Shown: in pieces, positions 1 through 11,913 of the stretch
Layout of the letters: every line of letters begins with the position of its first letter
How positions within the stretch are numbered: position 1 is the stretch's first letter
Source of the DNA: Escherichia coli
GTDB taxonomy: Bacteria > Pseudomonadota > Gammaproteobacteria > Enterobacterales > Enterobacteriaceae
Direction: 5' to 3' (one strand)
NCBI RefSeq assembly: GCF_003018115.1
Contig: NZ_CP027457.1
Length of the DNA: 64,000 bases
Notes under the pieces: generated by a model
What the model saw: only the letters and a program-made list of their open reading frames with translations
Told to the model about the DNA's origin: nothing
Database searches by the model: none
Translations under genes and position numbers: made by a program

Positions 1-36
1 GCCAACCGGTTGCTGCGGTTTAAACCGAAGGAATAA
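1..36 (+). CDS. copA: Copper-exporting P-type ATPase CopA, C-terminal 11 codons plus stop (5' part outside window)
   Basis: Frame 1 from position 1 translates ANRLLRFKPKE then TAA at 34-36, matching the recalled CopA C-terminus; synteny next to ybaQ supports it. Confidence 0.75.
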   Translation, partial: ANRLLRFKPKE

Positions 37-93
37 GTACGTCATTGCGGATGCGCTGCTTTAGGGCGGCGCATTTGGCATTGACGCATGACT

Positions 94-430
<337 letters not shown>

Positions 431-452
431 GAGATGAAGCGATGTTTTGGCC

Positions 453-794
453 TTACGCGACCTTTTTTGCACGCTCTTCACGGCGTGCCAAATATTCAGC
501 CACTGTTTCAATCCGTCCCAATTCTTCCTGGGTGCGCATGTTGTTTTCAACTTCCCAAAGATCAACTGCCGCCTGGAGGTTTAGCCAAAAATCGACTGTG
601 GTATCAAAAACTTTCGCCAGACGGAATGCCATTTCAGTGGTGAGTTTACGATTATTATTGATCAGTGTACTGACGCTATTACGATGAACATGCAGCAACT
701 CTACTAACTCATTGATTTTCAAAGCGATCTGTTCCGGATATTCATAGAGAAGAATATCTCCGGGTGTCGTCGGTTTTCTTGTTGCCTGTTTCAT
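453..794 (-). CDS. ybaQ: XRE/HigA-like helix-turn-helix transcriptional regulator YbaQ (113 aa)
   Basis: ORF 453..848 (-); start set to the internal Met (MKQATRKPTTPGD...) matching the known 113-aa protein; ATG at 794. Confidence 0.9.
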   Translation of the reverse strand: MKQATRKPTTPGDILLYEYPEQIALKINELVELLHVHRNSVSTLINNNRKLTTEMAFRLAKVFDTTVDFWLNLQAAVDLWEVENNMRTQEELGRIETVAEYLARREERAKKVA

Positions 795-931
795 AGTTTT
801 TAACTGTTGCTTCCCTGTGAATAGCGATACAAGAACATACTGAATCATACAAACACATTAAACAAGTCCCCAACTCCATTTGCGCCATCCCTCCCCGCGC
901 GCTAGCATGATATTTCACAAAGGGAGGTCGT

Positions 932-1726
932 ATGGATCTGTTGTACCGGGTAAAAACGCTTTGGGCCGCGCTGCGCGGTAATCATTACACCTGGCCTGCC
1001 ATCGATATCACCCTCCCCGGCAATCGCCATTTTCATCTGATTGGCAGTATTCATATGGGTAGCCACGATATGGCTCCCCTGCCCACCCGTTTGCTCAAAA
1101 AGCTCAAAAACGCCGATGCGCTGATCGTCGAGGCGGATGTTTCCACCAGCGATACGCCTTTTGCTAATTTGCCTACTTGCGAGGCGCTGGAAGAGCGCAT
1201 TAGCGAGGAGCAACTCCAAAATCTGCAGCACATTAGCCAGGAGATGGGCATTTCTCCGTCGCTCTTTTCTACTCAACCGCTGTGGCAAATCGCGATGGTT
1301 CTTCAGGCGACGCAGGCACAAAAACTGGGGCTGCGGGCAGAATACGGTATCGATTACCAGCTATTGCAGGCGGCGAAGCAACAACATAAACCCGTGATTG
1401 AACTGGAAGGGGCTGAAAACCAGATTGCCATGTTGCTCCAGCTCCCTGACAAAGGACTGGCGCTGCTGGACGATACGCTGACCCACTGGCATACCAACGC
1501 ACGGTTGCTGCAACAAATGATGAGCTGGTGGCTGAATGCGCCGCCGCAAAATAATGAAATAACGCTGCCCAATACGTTCAGTCAGTCGCTGTACGATGTG
1601 CTGATGCATCAGCGAAATCTCGCCTGGCGGGATAAATTACGCGCCATGCCGCCGGGGCGATATGTGGTCGCGGTCGGTGCACTACACCTGTATGGAGAAG
1701 GGAATTTACCGCAAATGTTGCGCTAA
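932..1726 (+). CDS. ybaP: TraB/GumN family protein YbaP (264 aa)
   Basis: ORF-track entry 932..1726, 264 aa; recognised N-terminus MDLLYRVKTLWAALRG; synteny. Confidence 0.93.
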   Translation: MDLLYRVKTLWAALRGNHYTWPAIDITLPGNRHFHLIGSIHMGSHDMAPLPTRLLKKLKNADALIVEADVSTSDTPFANLPTCEALEERISEEQLQNLQHISQEMGISPSLFSTQPLWQIAMVLQATQAQKLGLRAEYGIDYQLLQAAKQQHKPVIELEGAENQIAMLLQLPDKGLALLDDTLTHWHTNARLLQQMMSWWLNAPPQNNEITLPNTFSQSLYDVLMHQRNLAWRDKLRAMPPGRYVVAVGALHLYGEGNLPQMLR

Positions 1727-1808
1727 AAAAATGGCCAATATCGCTATTGGCCCGTCAAAGAGGAATTTCATTTTTTTATTATTATGCCGTCACTTTAAGC
1801 GACGGTGT
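1725..1808 (-). ncRNA. chiX: ChiX (MicM/SroB) small regulatory RNA
   Basis: Reverse complement of 1725-1808 reads acaccgtcgcttaaagtgacggcataataataaaaaaatgaaattcctctttgacgggccaatagcgatattggccattttttt, matching the recalled ChiX sequence including its terminator hairpin and U-tail; it lies in the ybaP-ybaK spacer as in K-12. Confidence 0.85.
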
Positions 1809-1914
1809 AACTCGATTGTCGCTCAATCTCACCATCCTGCCAATACTCTTAGGCAAGATGACTCTTTTTTTTGGACCGCCATCAGGCGTATGCTTGCTTC
1901 GTTTTTTTGTTTAA

Positions 1915-2409
<495 letters not shown>

Positions 2410-2413
2410 GCAT

Positions 2414-2438
2414 TGTGCCGGATGCAAACATCCGGCAC
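2414..2438. terminator. Hairpin between convergent ybaK and ushA (possible bidirectional terminator)
   Basis: Inverted repeat gtgccggatg-caaaca-tccggcac directly after the ybaK stop and before the ushA stop; the U-tract is weak. Confidence 0.45.
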
Positions 2439-2445
2439 TTTCGGA

Positions 2446-4098
2446 TTACTGCCAGCTCACCTCACCTTTCGGTTCATAAACACTCACATCCAGCGGCGAG
2501 CTTTTCTGGATATACGCTTTCAGCACTTCGGCATCAATAAAGCCGGTATTCACATAGCCCGGTTTGTTATCAAGGCGCGGATATCCATCACCGCCGGTGG
2601 CATTGAAGTTTAATGTCGCCATACGGTAAGTTTTCGCCGGATCGACCGGTTCGCCTTTGATTTTAAGGTCGTTCAGTTTGCCGTCTTTCGCCACAAAGCT
2701 AACGTTGGCAAATTGCGGGTAGGCACCTGAATCTGGCTTCATCTGCGCGACGGCGGTCAGGTAATCAATCACCTCTTTACCGGTCATGTCGGCATACACC
2801 ACCACATTGCCGAATGGCTGCACTTTCAGCACGTTTTTATAGCTGATATCGCCTGCTTCGATAGAATCACGAATTCCGCCTCCGCTCATCACCGCAAAGT
2901 CGGCACCAGTGCGATCCATTTGGGCTGCCAGAATCAACCGCCCCATATTGGTCTGTACAAAACGCACTTTGTCACGATCGCCTTCCAGACGACCATTGGT
3001 TTCGCCTATTTTCACTTCCAGCTGCGCTTTGCCTTTGTTCTGGAACGGTGATAACAGCGAGATCATTTGCTGGTTTTCAGCGATTTCAGGAGTGTAAAGC
3101 ACGCGCTCGCTTTTCCCGTCTTCCCAGGTCACTTTCTTCTTCAGGTTCACCGGAATCAGCTGGTAGTTAACCATTTTCATTTCGCCATTACGAAACTCAA
3201 AATCAGCCCGTCCCACGTATTTGCCCCACTCATGCGCCTGCACAATCCAGATGCCGTTTTGTTGATCTGGTTTGCATGGCGTACCCGGCACGTAATCGAC
3301 CTGTTTTTTGTTTTCTGCCGCCATGCAGACCGGATCTTGCGAGTGACCACCGACGATCATCGCCAGCGATCCGGCAGGCAGCGCGCGTGCCATCTCCACA
3401 TCGCCCGGTGCGTTAGAGCCGTGCTCACCATTATTGTAATGCCCCATATGGGTCGCCGCGATAATAATGTCTGGCTTTTCTGTCTGTTGCAGCTCCTGAA
3501 TCACCAGCTTCGCTTCATCGGCGGGCTTACGAAATTCGATATCAGTGAAGTATTCCGGGTTACCAATTTTTGCTGTGTCATCGGTTGTCAGCCCAATAAC
3601 GGCAATTTTCAGATCCTGACGCTTAAACAGCGCCCACGGTTTAAACAGGCGCTCGCCAGTACTTTTCTGGTAGATATTCGCGGAAAGCAACGGGAACTTG
3701 GCCCACTTTTCCTGCTGGCGTAATACGGTGAGCGGATTATCAAATTCATGATTACCGATCGCCATCGCGTCATAGCCCACCAGATTCATACCGCGAAAAT
3801 CAGGTTCGGCATCCTGTAAGTCAGACTCGGGCACGCCAGTGTTAATGTCGCCACCGGAAAGTAGCAGCACGCTACCGCCTTCAGCCGCAACCTCTTTGCG
3901 GATACCATCCACCAGCGTTTTTTGCGCCGCCAGACCATATTCGCCATATTCATTGCGCCAAAAATGCCCATGATGATCATTGGTATGCAGAACTGTAATT
4001 TTGTAGGTTTTATCCTGCTCATACGCCAGAGCAGTTTCACTCGCCAGTGTAAATGTGGTTAACAGCGCTAACGCCACGCCCCGCTGCAATAATTTCAT
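2446..4098 (-). CDS. ushA: Periplasmic UDP-sugar hydrolase / 5'-nucleotidase UshA (550 aa)
   Basis: ORF 2446..4098 (-), 550 aa; signal peptide and metallophosphatase motifs (HTNDHHGH, GNHEFD); recognised as UshA. Confidence 0.96.
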   Translation of the reverse strand: MKLLQRGVALALLTTFTLASETALAYEQDKTYKITVLHTNDHHGHFWRNEYGEYGLAAQKTLVDGIRKEVAAEGGSVLLLSGGDINTGVPESDLQDAEPDFRGMNLVGYDAMAIGNHEFDNPLTVLRQQEKWAKFPLLSANIYQKSTGERLFKPWALFKRQDLKIAVIGLTTDDTAKIGNPEYFTDIEFRKPADEAKLVIQELQQTEKPDIIIAATHMGHYNNGEHGSNAPGDVEMARALPAGSLAMIVGGHSQDPVCMAAENKKQVDYVPGTPCKPDQQNGIWIVQAHEWGKYVGRADFEFRNGEMKMVNYQLIPVNLKKKVTWEDGKSERVLYTPEIAENQQMISLLSPFQNKGKAQLEVKIGETNGRLEGDRDKVRFVQTNMGRLILAAQMDRTGADFAVMSGGGIRDSIEAGDISYKNVLKVQPFGNVVVYADMTGKEVIDYLTAVAQMKPDSGAYPQFANVSFVAKDGKLNDLKIKGEPVDPAKTYRMATLNFNATGGDGYPRLDNKPGYVNTGFIDAEVLKAYIQKSSPLDVSVYEPKGEVSWQ

Positions 4099-4315
4099 AC
4101 TTCTCTCCCTGACCTGATTTCAACGTGTTGAAAAATAGTATGACGCGACATCATAGACAAGTCTGCGTCCGGTGAAGATAAATCTGCATCCAGATTAGAA
4201 ATTCTGTATTCAGCGTTGAGACTTCCTTCAGGCGGCGCATACAGGTATGTTAGTCGGGTAATAATCACAAATAAGATCATTCTTTACATCGCAACCCTGA
4301 AAAAGTGACTTTCCT

Positions 4316-5536
4316 ATGGCAATGAGTGAACAAACCCAGCCTGTGGCGGGCGCGGCTGCGTCAACGACCAAGGCCCGAACATCGTTTGGTATTTTAGGTG
4401 CTATCAGCCTCTCACATCTGCTGAACGACATGATCCAATCGCTGATTCTGGCGATTTATCCTCTGCTTCAGTCAGAATTTTCTCTGACATTTATGCAGAT
4501 TGGCATGATAACCCTCACCTTCCAGCTCGCCTCTTCGCTACTGCAACCAGTGGTCGGCTACTGGACCGATAAATATCCGATGCCGTGGTCGTTGCCAATT
4601 GGCATGTGCTTTACCTTAAGTGGTCTGGTGCTGCTTGCGCTGGCGGGCAGTTTTGGCGCAGTTCTGCTGGCGGCGGCGCTGGTCGGTACCGGTTCATCGG
4701 TCTTTCATCCGGAATCTTCTCGCGTGGCCCGTATGGCTTCCGGCGGGCGGCATGGCCTGGCACAATCTATCTTTCAGGTCGGCGGCAACTTTGGCAGTTC
4801 CCTGGGCCCCTTGCTGGCGGCGGTGATTATCGCGCCTTATGGCAAAGGCAACGTTGCCTGGTTTGTGCTTGCGGCACTGCTGGCGATCGTGGTGTTGGCG
4901 CAAATCAGCCGTTGGTACTCGGCACAGCACCGAATGAATAAAGGAAAACCCAAAGCGACGATTATCAATCCACTGCCGCGCAACAAAGTGGTACTGGCGG
5001 TCAGTATTCTGTTAATCCTCATTTTCTCGAAATATTTCTATATGGCGAGCATCAGCAGCTATTACACCTTTTATCTGATGCAAAAATTCGGATTATCTAT
5101 CCAGAATGCTCAGCTTCATCTGTTTGCCTTCCTGTTTGCCGTTGCGGCAGGTACGGTGATCGGCGGGCCTGTAGGGGATAAAATTGGGAGGAAATATGTG
5201 ATTTGGGGCTCTATCCTCGGCGTTGCGCCGTTTACGCTGATTTTACCCTACGCCAGCCTGCACTGGACGGGGGTTTTAACGGTGATTATTGGATTTATCC
5301 TCGCTTCGGCATTCTCTGCCATTCTGGTCTACGCTCAGGAGCTGCTTCCAGGACGTATCGGTATGGTTTCTGGACTCTTTTTCGGTTTTGCTTTTGGCAT
5401 GGGAGGTCTGGGAGCGGCAGTTCTGGGGCTTATCGCCGATCACACCAGCATCGAGTTAGTCTATAAAATCTGTGCTTTCCTGCCACTATTGGGGATGTTG
5501 ACCATATTCCTGCCTGATAGCCGGCATAAAGACTGA
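4316..5536 (+). CDS. fsr: Fosmidomycin resistance MFS efflux transporter Fsr (406 aa)
   Basis: ORF 4316..5536; polytopic hydrophobic protein; synteny and length match Fsr. Confidence 0.93.
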   Translation: MAMSEQTQPVAGAAASTTKARTSFGILGAISLSHLLNDMIQSLILAIYPLLQSEFSLTFMQIGMITLTFQLASSLLQPVVGYWTDKYPMPWSLPIGMCFTLSGLVLLALAGSFGAVLLAAALVGTGSSVFHPESSRVARMASGGRHGLAQSIFQVGGNFGSSLGPLLAAVIIAPYGKGNVAWFVLAALLAIVVLAQISRWYSAQHRMNKGKPKATIINPLPRNKVVLAVSILLILIFSKYFYMASISSYYTFYLMQKFGLSIQNAQLHLFAFLFAVAAGTVIGGPVGDKIGRKYVIWGSILGVAPFTLILPYASLHWTGVLTVIIGFILASAFSAILVYAQELLPGRIGMVSGLFFGFAFGMGGLGAAVLGLIADHTSIELVYKICAFLPLLGMLTIFLPDSRHKD

Positions 5537-5773
5537 TTTCATTGCAGCCAAAGGCAAACTTTGGCTGCATCGTTTTACAGTCGCCATAAGCCTTTCCTCT
5601 GTTAAACCGCCTTCTGTTTTCCGATCCGTGCTTTTTTTGCAGCTAATTCCATTTTTCTGCAAAATTCAATAATTATTCATGAACATCATCAATGAAATTG
5701 TCATAAACTATTACCTGTAATTTTGGTTTTCCCGGCCAAAAATGGACAATAACCACCAGGAAAAGGAGACGGA

Positions 5774-7450
5774 ATGCATCACGCCACCCCGCTTATCACC
5801 ACCATTGTTGGCGGCCTTGTGCTCGCCTTTATCCTCGGCATGCTGGCCAATAAACTACGTATTTCTCCTCTGGTGGGATATCTGTTAGCGGGTGTGCTGG
5901 CAGGACCATTCACTCCGGGCTTTGTTGCCGATACCAAGCTTGCGCCGGAACTGGCTGAACTGGGCGTCATTCTGTTGATGTTTGGCGTGGGTCTGCACTT
6001 TTCGCTGAAGGATTTGATGGCGGTAAAGGCCATCGCCATTCCCGGTGCGATCGCCCAGATAGCCGTGGCGACGCTGCTGGGTATGGCGCTCTCTGCCGTG
6101 CTGGGCTGGTCGTTAATGACCGGTATCGTGTTCGGTTTATGTCTTTCCACCGCCAGTACCGTGGTGTTACTGCGCGCACTTGAAGAACGGCAATTAATTG
6201 ACAGTCAGCGTGGGCAAATCGCCATCGGTTGGTTGATTGTGGAAGACCTGGTAATGGTTCTGACGCTGGTGTTGCTGCCCGCAGTGGCAGGAATGATGGA
6301 ACAGGGCGATGTGGGCTTTGCCACTCTTGCAGTCGATATGGGGATCACCATCGGCAAGGTGATCGCATTTATCGCCATTATGATGCTGGTAGGTCGCCGT
6401 CTGGTGCCGTGGATTATGGCGCGCAGCGCGGCAACCGGTTCTCGCGAGCTGTTTACCCTGTCGGTGCTGGCGCTGGCGTTAGGGATTGCCTTTGGTGCGG
6501 TGGAGCTGTTTGATGTCTCCTTTGCACTCGGTGCGTTCTTTGCCGGGATGGTACTGAACGAGTCTGAACTGAGTCACCGTGCCGCCCACGATACGCTGCC
6601 ATTGCGCGACGCGTTTGCGGTGCTGTTTTTTGTCTCCGTCGGGATGTTGTTTGATCCGTTAATTCTGATTCAGCAACCGCTGGCAGTACTGGCGACGCTG
6701 GCAATTATTCTGTTTGGTAAGTCGTTAGCCGCGTTTTTCCTGGTGCGACTGTTTGGTCACTCCCAACGTACGGCATTAACTATCGCCGCCAGCCTGGCGC
6801 AAATTGGTGAGTTCGCGTTTATCCTGGCGGGACTGGGCATGGCGCTGGATCTGTTGCCGCAAGCCGGGCAGAACCTGGTACTGGCAGGTGCGATTTTGTC
6901 GATTATGCTCAACCCGGTCCTGTTCGCATTACTGGAGAAATATCTGGCGAAGACCGAAACGCTGGAAGAGCAGACGCTGGAAGAGGCAATCGAAGAAGAG
7001 AAACAGATCCCAGTGGATATTTGCAACCATGCGCTACTGGTGGGTTACGGTCGTGTAGGCAGCCTGCTGGGGGAGAAATTGCTCGCCTCTGATATTCCGC
7101 TGGTGGTGATTGAGACGTCACGAACCCGTGTTGATGAGCTGCGAGAGCGCGGGGTCCGCGCAGTATTGGGCAATGCAGCGAACGAAGAAATTATGCAACT
7201 GGCGCATCTGGAATGTGCAAAATGGCTGATCCTGACGATCCCCAACGGTTATGAAGCGGGTGAGATTGTGGCATCTGCCCGCGCGAAAAATCCGGATATT
7301 GAGATTATTGCCCGCGCCCATTATGACGATGAAGTGGCGTATATCACCGAACGTGGTGCGAATCAGGTAGTGATGGGCGAGCGTGAAATTGCCCGTACTA
7401 TGCTGGAACTGCTGGAAACGCCACCGGCGGGTGAAGTGGTGACGGGGTAA
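5774..7450 (+). CDS. ybaL: CPA2-family cation/proton antiporter with C-terminal TrkA-N/KTN domain, YbaL (558 aa)
   Basis: ORF 5774..7450; membrane domain followed by a Rossmann-like GYGRVG motif (LLVGYGRVGSLLG); synteny. Confidence 0.93.
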   Translation: MHHATPLITTIVGGLVLAFILGMLANKLRISPLVGYLLAGVLAGPFTPGFVADTKLAPELAELGVILLMFGVGLHFSLKDLMAVKAIAIPGAIAQIAVATLLGMALSAVLGWSLMTGIVFGLCLSTASTVVLLRALEERQLIDSQRGQIAIGWLIVEDLVMVLTLVLLPAVAGMMEQGDVGFATLAVDMGITIGKVIAFIAIMMLVGRRLVPWIMARSAATGSRELFTLSVLALALGIAFGAVELFDVSFALGAFFAGMVLNESELSHRAAHDTLPLRDAFAVLFFVSVGMLFDPLILIQQPLAVLATLAIILFGKSLAAFFLVRLFGHSQRTALTIAASLAQIGEFAFILAGLGMALDLLPQAGQNLVLAGAILSIMLNPVLFALLEKYLAKTETLEEQTLEEAIEEEKQIPVDICNHALLVGYGRVGSLLGEKLLASDIPLVVIETSRTRVDELRERGVRAVLGNAANEEIMQLAHLECAKWLILTIPNGYEAGEIVASARAKNPDIEIIARAHYDDEVAYITERGANQVVMGEREIARTMLELLETPPAGEVVTG

Positions 7451-7484
7451 ACGGTGGTTGCCGGATGTAAAATATGAAAAATAT

Positions 7485-7568
7485 GTAGGCATGATAAGAC
7501 GCGCCAGCGTCGCATCAGGCATCGAGAGCCAAATGCCAGATGCGGCGTGAACGCCTTATCTGGCCTAC
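7485..7568. repeat. REP element pair (two inverted palindromic units) between ybaL and gsk
   Basis: gtaggcatgataagacgcgccagcgtcgcatcaggcat and gccagatgcggcgtgaacgccttatctggcctac are typical REP palindromes. Confidence 0.8.
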
Positions 7569-7582
7569 GAACCGACGATAAC

Positions 7583-8887
7583 TTAACGATCCCAGTAAGA
7601 CTCTTCCAGGCTGTCTTCACGCTCCGGCAAGCCGCGCGTTAAACGAGGTGAATGCTGGTTCAGTACCTGATAGCTCACACGGTTAGCATATTTACACACC
7701 TGCGCTAACGATGAATAAGTTAACCAGGTGAATTTATGTTTGCTGGAGTTTGGTACGTTGCTACGATGGTAGCTGTTGGCGGTAATGTCATGCAGCAACG
7801 CTGCCAGTGCGCCATCCCCTGCTCCGTTGGTGTTCATGATTTTTTCCGGCCCGCCCATGTACGGCGCAATGTGCGAATAGACACGCAGCGGATTCTGACA
7901 ATCCTTGTGGCGCATGGCGCGGCTAAACTCATACTGGTTGAATTCGGCTATAGCGCCCGGCAGCAGCGGATGCTGGGTTTTACGTTTCGCTTCGTCTTCG
8001 GTAAAGCCCGCCATATACAAGCCGATTGGCCCGGCGGTGCACAGCACCAGATCTACCCAGTCCAGCGCCTTGTCAGATGCCAACAACGGATCGCTCTCTC
8101 CGGTCAACGCTTCGGCTTCATCTTCGTTCATCGCAAGGATAGAAACGTGGTCTTTGAGGAATTGCTGCCACCACTGCGGATTCTCTGCAATGACAAACTT
8201 GGTGCCCAACGTCAGCACCACCGGTACGTTATATTTCTTCGCGTACTCAATGGCTTTCATGGTTGCTTCTGGCATGGGTTCACCCGGCTTGCAACGCACC
8301 AGATAAGAGGTGAGAACCAGAGCCGAGGCTCCGGCAATCACATCTTCCGGAATACTTTCAGCCCGCAGCTGGTTCATGTGGCCAGGGCTGATAGCAAAGG
8401 TACGTTCCCCGGACTCGCCAATCAGCGTAAAGCAACGACCAATCGGGCCATCCACGCCTTGTAGATAGTTAAGATCGGTACGGCTGGAGGTGTTACACAG
8501 GTAACGATAGGCATAGCTGCCAATTTCAATATTGCTGCACATGACGCCCAGCAGCACCGAACGGTCGTCCGCGAGCACCGAGTAGTTATGCATGGTGTTA
8601 CCAATGGTGCCACCCGCAAACTGATGGGTAATCAGGTTTTTCTGTTTTAGTTCCTGATAAAGCGCTTCGGCTACATCATCCTCAATCACCAGTGAATGCC
8701 CGGCGCTTAATCCATAACGCTCAATGAATTCATCATCCACTTTCGCTTCAATATCGACCAGCGTCTGGTCAATACCTACGACCCAGGCGGCGCTGGTTTC
8801 GTTTTCTGGCTGGAATTGCTGAAGCAGCGGATCGCGTGCATTTACAGGGAAGTAATGTTTGGATTTACGTTTACCGGGAAATTTCAT
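7583..8887 (-). CDS. gsk: Inosine-guanosine kinase Gsk (434 aa)
   Basis: ORF 7583..8887 (-); recognised N-terminus MKFPGKRKSKHYFPVNARDPLLQQF; PfkB-family sugar kinase motifs. Confidence 0.95.
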   Translation of the reverse strand: MKFPGKRKSKHYFPVNARDPLLQQFQPENETSAAWVVGIDQTLVDIEAKVDDEFIERYGLSAGHSLVIEDDVAEALYQELKQKNLITHQFAGGTIGNTMHNYSVLADDRSVLLGVMCSNIEIGSYAYRYLCNTSSRTDLNYLQGVDGPIGRCFTLIGESGERTFAISPGHMNQLRAESIPEDVIAGASALVLTSYLVRCKPGEPMPEATMKAIEYAKKYNVPVVLTLGTKFVIAENPQWWQQFLKDHVSILAMNEDEAEALTGESDPLLASDKALDWVDLVLCTAGPIGLYMAGFTEDEAKRKTQHPLLPGAIAEFNQYEFSRAMRHKDCQNPLRVYSHIAPYMGGPEKIMNTNGAGDGALAALLHDITANSYHRSNVPNSSKHKFTWLTYSSLAQVCKYANRVSYQVLNQHSPRLTRGLPEREDSLEESYWDR

Positions 8888-9038
8888 GGTTGTTTTTACG
8901 GGTGGTTAACTGAGCGGCGAATGTTAACACAATCTGACGGGAGCGCGCGAGACGCAGCCAGTTTCAATATCAGCAGGCGGGATCGCATTTTCATGGCAGT
9001 GGTTCCTTACAATGACGTAATTTGAAAGGAGTTTTTGT

Positions 9039-9998
9039 ATGAAGCCGGAAAACAAATTACCTGTTCTGGACCTTATTTCTGCTGAAATGAAGACCGTTGT
9101 GAATACTCTTCAGCCGGATTTACCGCCCTGGCCCGCAACGGGAACGATTGCTGAGCAACGACAGTATTACACGCTTGAGCGCCGATTCTGGAATGCGGGC
9201 GCTCCAGAAATGGCAACCAGAGCTTACATGGTTCCAACAAAATATGGGCAGGTGGAAACACGTCTCTTTTGTCCGCAGCCAGATAGCCCGGCAACGCTAT
9301 TTTATTTGCATGGAGGCGGTTTTATTCTCGGCAATCTCGATACCCATGATCGCATCATGCGCCTGCTGGCAAGCTACAGCCAATGTACGGTGATTGGCAT
9401 TGATTACACCCTTTCACCTGAAGCGCGTTTTCCGCAAGCGATAGAGGAAATTGTGGCTGCCTGTTGTTATTTCCACCAGCAGGCGGAGGATTATCAAATC
9501 AATATGTCCCGCATTGGCTTTGCCGGTGATTCCGCAGGTGCCATGCTGGCGCTCGCCAGTGCGTTGTGGTTGCGTGATAAACAGATCGATTGCGGTAAAA
9601 TTGCGGGTGTTTTGCTGTGGTATGGGCTTTACGGATTACGGGATTCCGTGACTCGTCGTCTGTTGGGCGGTGTCTGGGATGGCTTAACGCAACAGGATTT
9701 GCAGATGTATGAAGAGGCGTATTTAAGCAACGACGCGGACCGCGAGTCGCCGTATTACTGTCTGTTTAATAATGATCTCACTCGCGAAGTGCCGCCCTGT
9801 TTTATTGCCGGGGCGGAGTTCGATCCGCTGCTGGATGACAGCCGTCTGCTTTACCAGACGTTAGCGGCGCATCAGCAGCCCTGTGAGTTCAAACTCTACC
9901 CAGGCACGCTGCACGCCTTTTTGCATTATTCACGGATGATGAAAACCGCCGACGAGACTCTTCGCGACGGCGCTCAGTTCTTTACCGCTCAGCTTTAG
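9039..9998 (+). CDS. aes: Acetyl esterase Aes (319 aa), alpha/beta hydrolase
   Basis: ORF 9039..9998; HGGGF oxyanion motif and GDSAG nucleophile elbow visible. Confidence 0.95.
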
Positions 9999-10957
9999 CG
10001 ATACGCGGCAACAAGATTAGCCATCATTTCGATATGTTCCGGCGTGGCATTAAGCGCCGGAATATATTCATATTTTTTCCCGCCCGCACCGAGGAAGACC
10101 TCACGGTTTTGCTCGGCAATCTCTTCCAGCGTCTCCAGACAATCCGCAGCAAAGCCCGGGCACATCACCTGTATATGACCTACGCCTTTTTCTCCGAGCA
10201 TTTTCAGCGTTTCGTCGGTATAAGGCATCAGCCAGGGTTCCCGGCCAAAGCGCGACTGAAAGGTCATCATCACTTTTTCCGGTGCCATCCCCAGTGCGGA
10301 AGCCAGTTCGCGAGTCGTTGTGCGGCAACGTTGCGGGTAATCATCACCTTCATCTGCATAACGCTGGGGAATGCCATGATAAGAGAGCAGCAGCAGATCC
10401 GGTTCGCCATGTTTGGCAAAAGAAGCGCGTACGCTGTTCGCCAGTGCATTAATGTAATCGTGGTTATCGGCGTAATCACGTATAAACGATATCCCCGGAA
10501 TGCTACGTTTGCGCGCCAGAATGCGTGCCAGTTCATCCCATACCGCACCGACCGTAGAACAGGAGAATTGCGGATAAAGCGGCAGCACCACAATATGATC
10601 TACATGCTCTGCCAGGAGTTCATCTACGGCGCTTTCCAGTGATGGCGAGCCGTAGCTCATTCCCAGCGCTACGGGCGTCTCCGGTAAACGTTGTGCCAGC
10701 GCCTGCTGTTGCTGGCGGCTGTAAACCATCAGCGGCGAGCCACCTTCCATCCAGACAGAGGCATACAGCTTCGCCACACGCGGCGAGCGCAGCGGCAAAA
10801 TCACGCCGCGCAGCAACGGCCACCATAACAACCGTGAGGTATCAACCACGCGTCTGTCGCTTAAAAATTGTTTCAGATAGCGTTTTACCGCTTCAGGTGT
10901 GGGGGCATCGGGCGTACCCAGGTTTGCCAGCAGGATACCGGTTTTAGTCTGACGCAT
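9995..10957 (-). CDS. hemH: Ferrochelatase HemH (320 aa)
   Basis: ORF 9995..10957 (-); recognised N-terminus [28 protein letters not shown]; its stop overlaps the aes stop. Confidence 0.95.
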
Positions 10958-11088
10958 TACCGCCTCTTATCGATTCAACTTGTTGATAATTGTAGCGGAA
11001 AAGTGAGGAAGAAGAACTAATTGCTGTGAGAGGTATTGCCTGAGGTGGATGAGCAGACCTGCCCGAAAGCAGATCTGCTGCAGCTTGA

Positions 11089-11805
<717 letters not shown>

Positions 11806-11868
11806 TCAAGAAAGGCACCAGGGGCTGAAACGGTTAATGGCGAGATAATTTGCGGAAAGTGCAGATAA

Positions 11869-11908
11869 TGAAAAGAAAAATGCCGGATGACACGAAGGTC
11901 ATCCGGCA
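11869..11908 (-). terminator. Rho-independent terminator downstream of htpG
   Basis: On the minus strand, hairpin gccggatgacc-ttcgtg-tcatccggc is followed by a T-rich tract, immediately after the htpG stop at 11914-11916. Confidence 0.7.
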
Positions 11909-11913
11909 TTACA

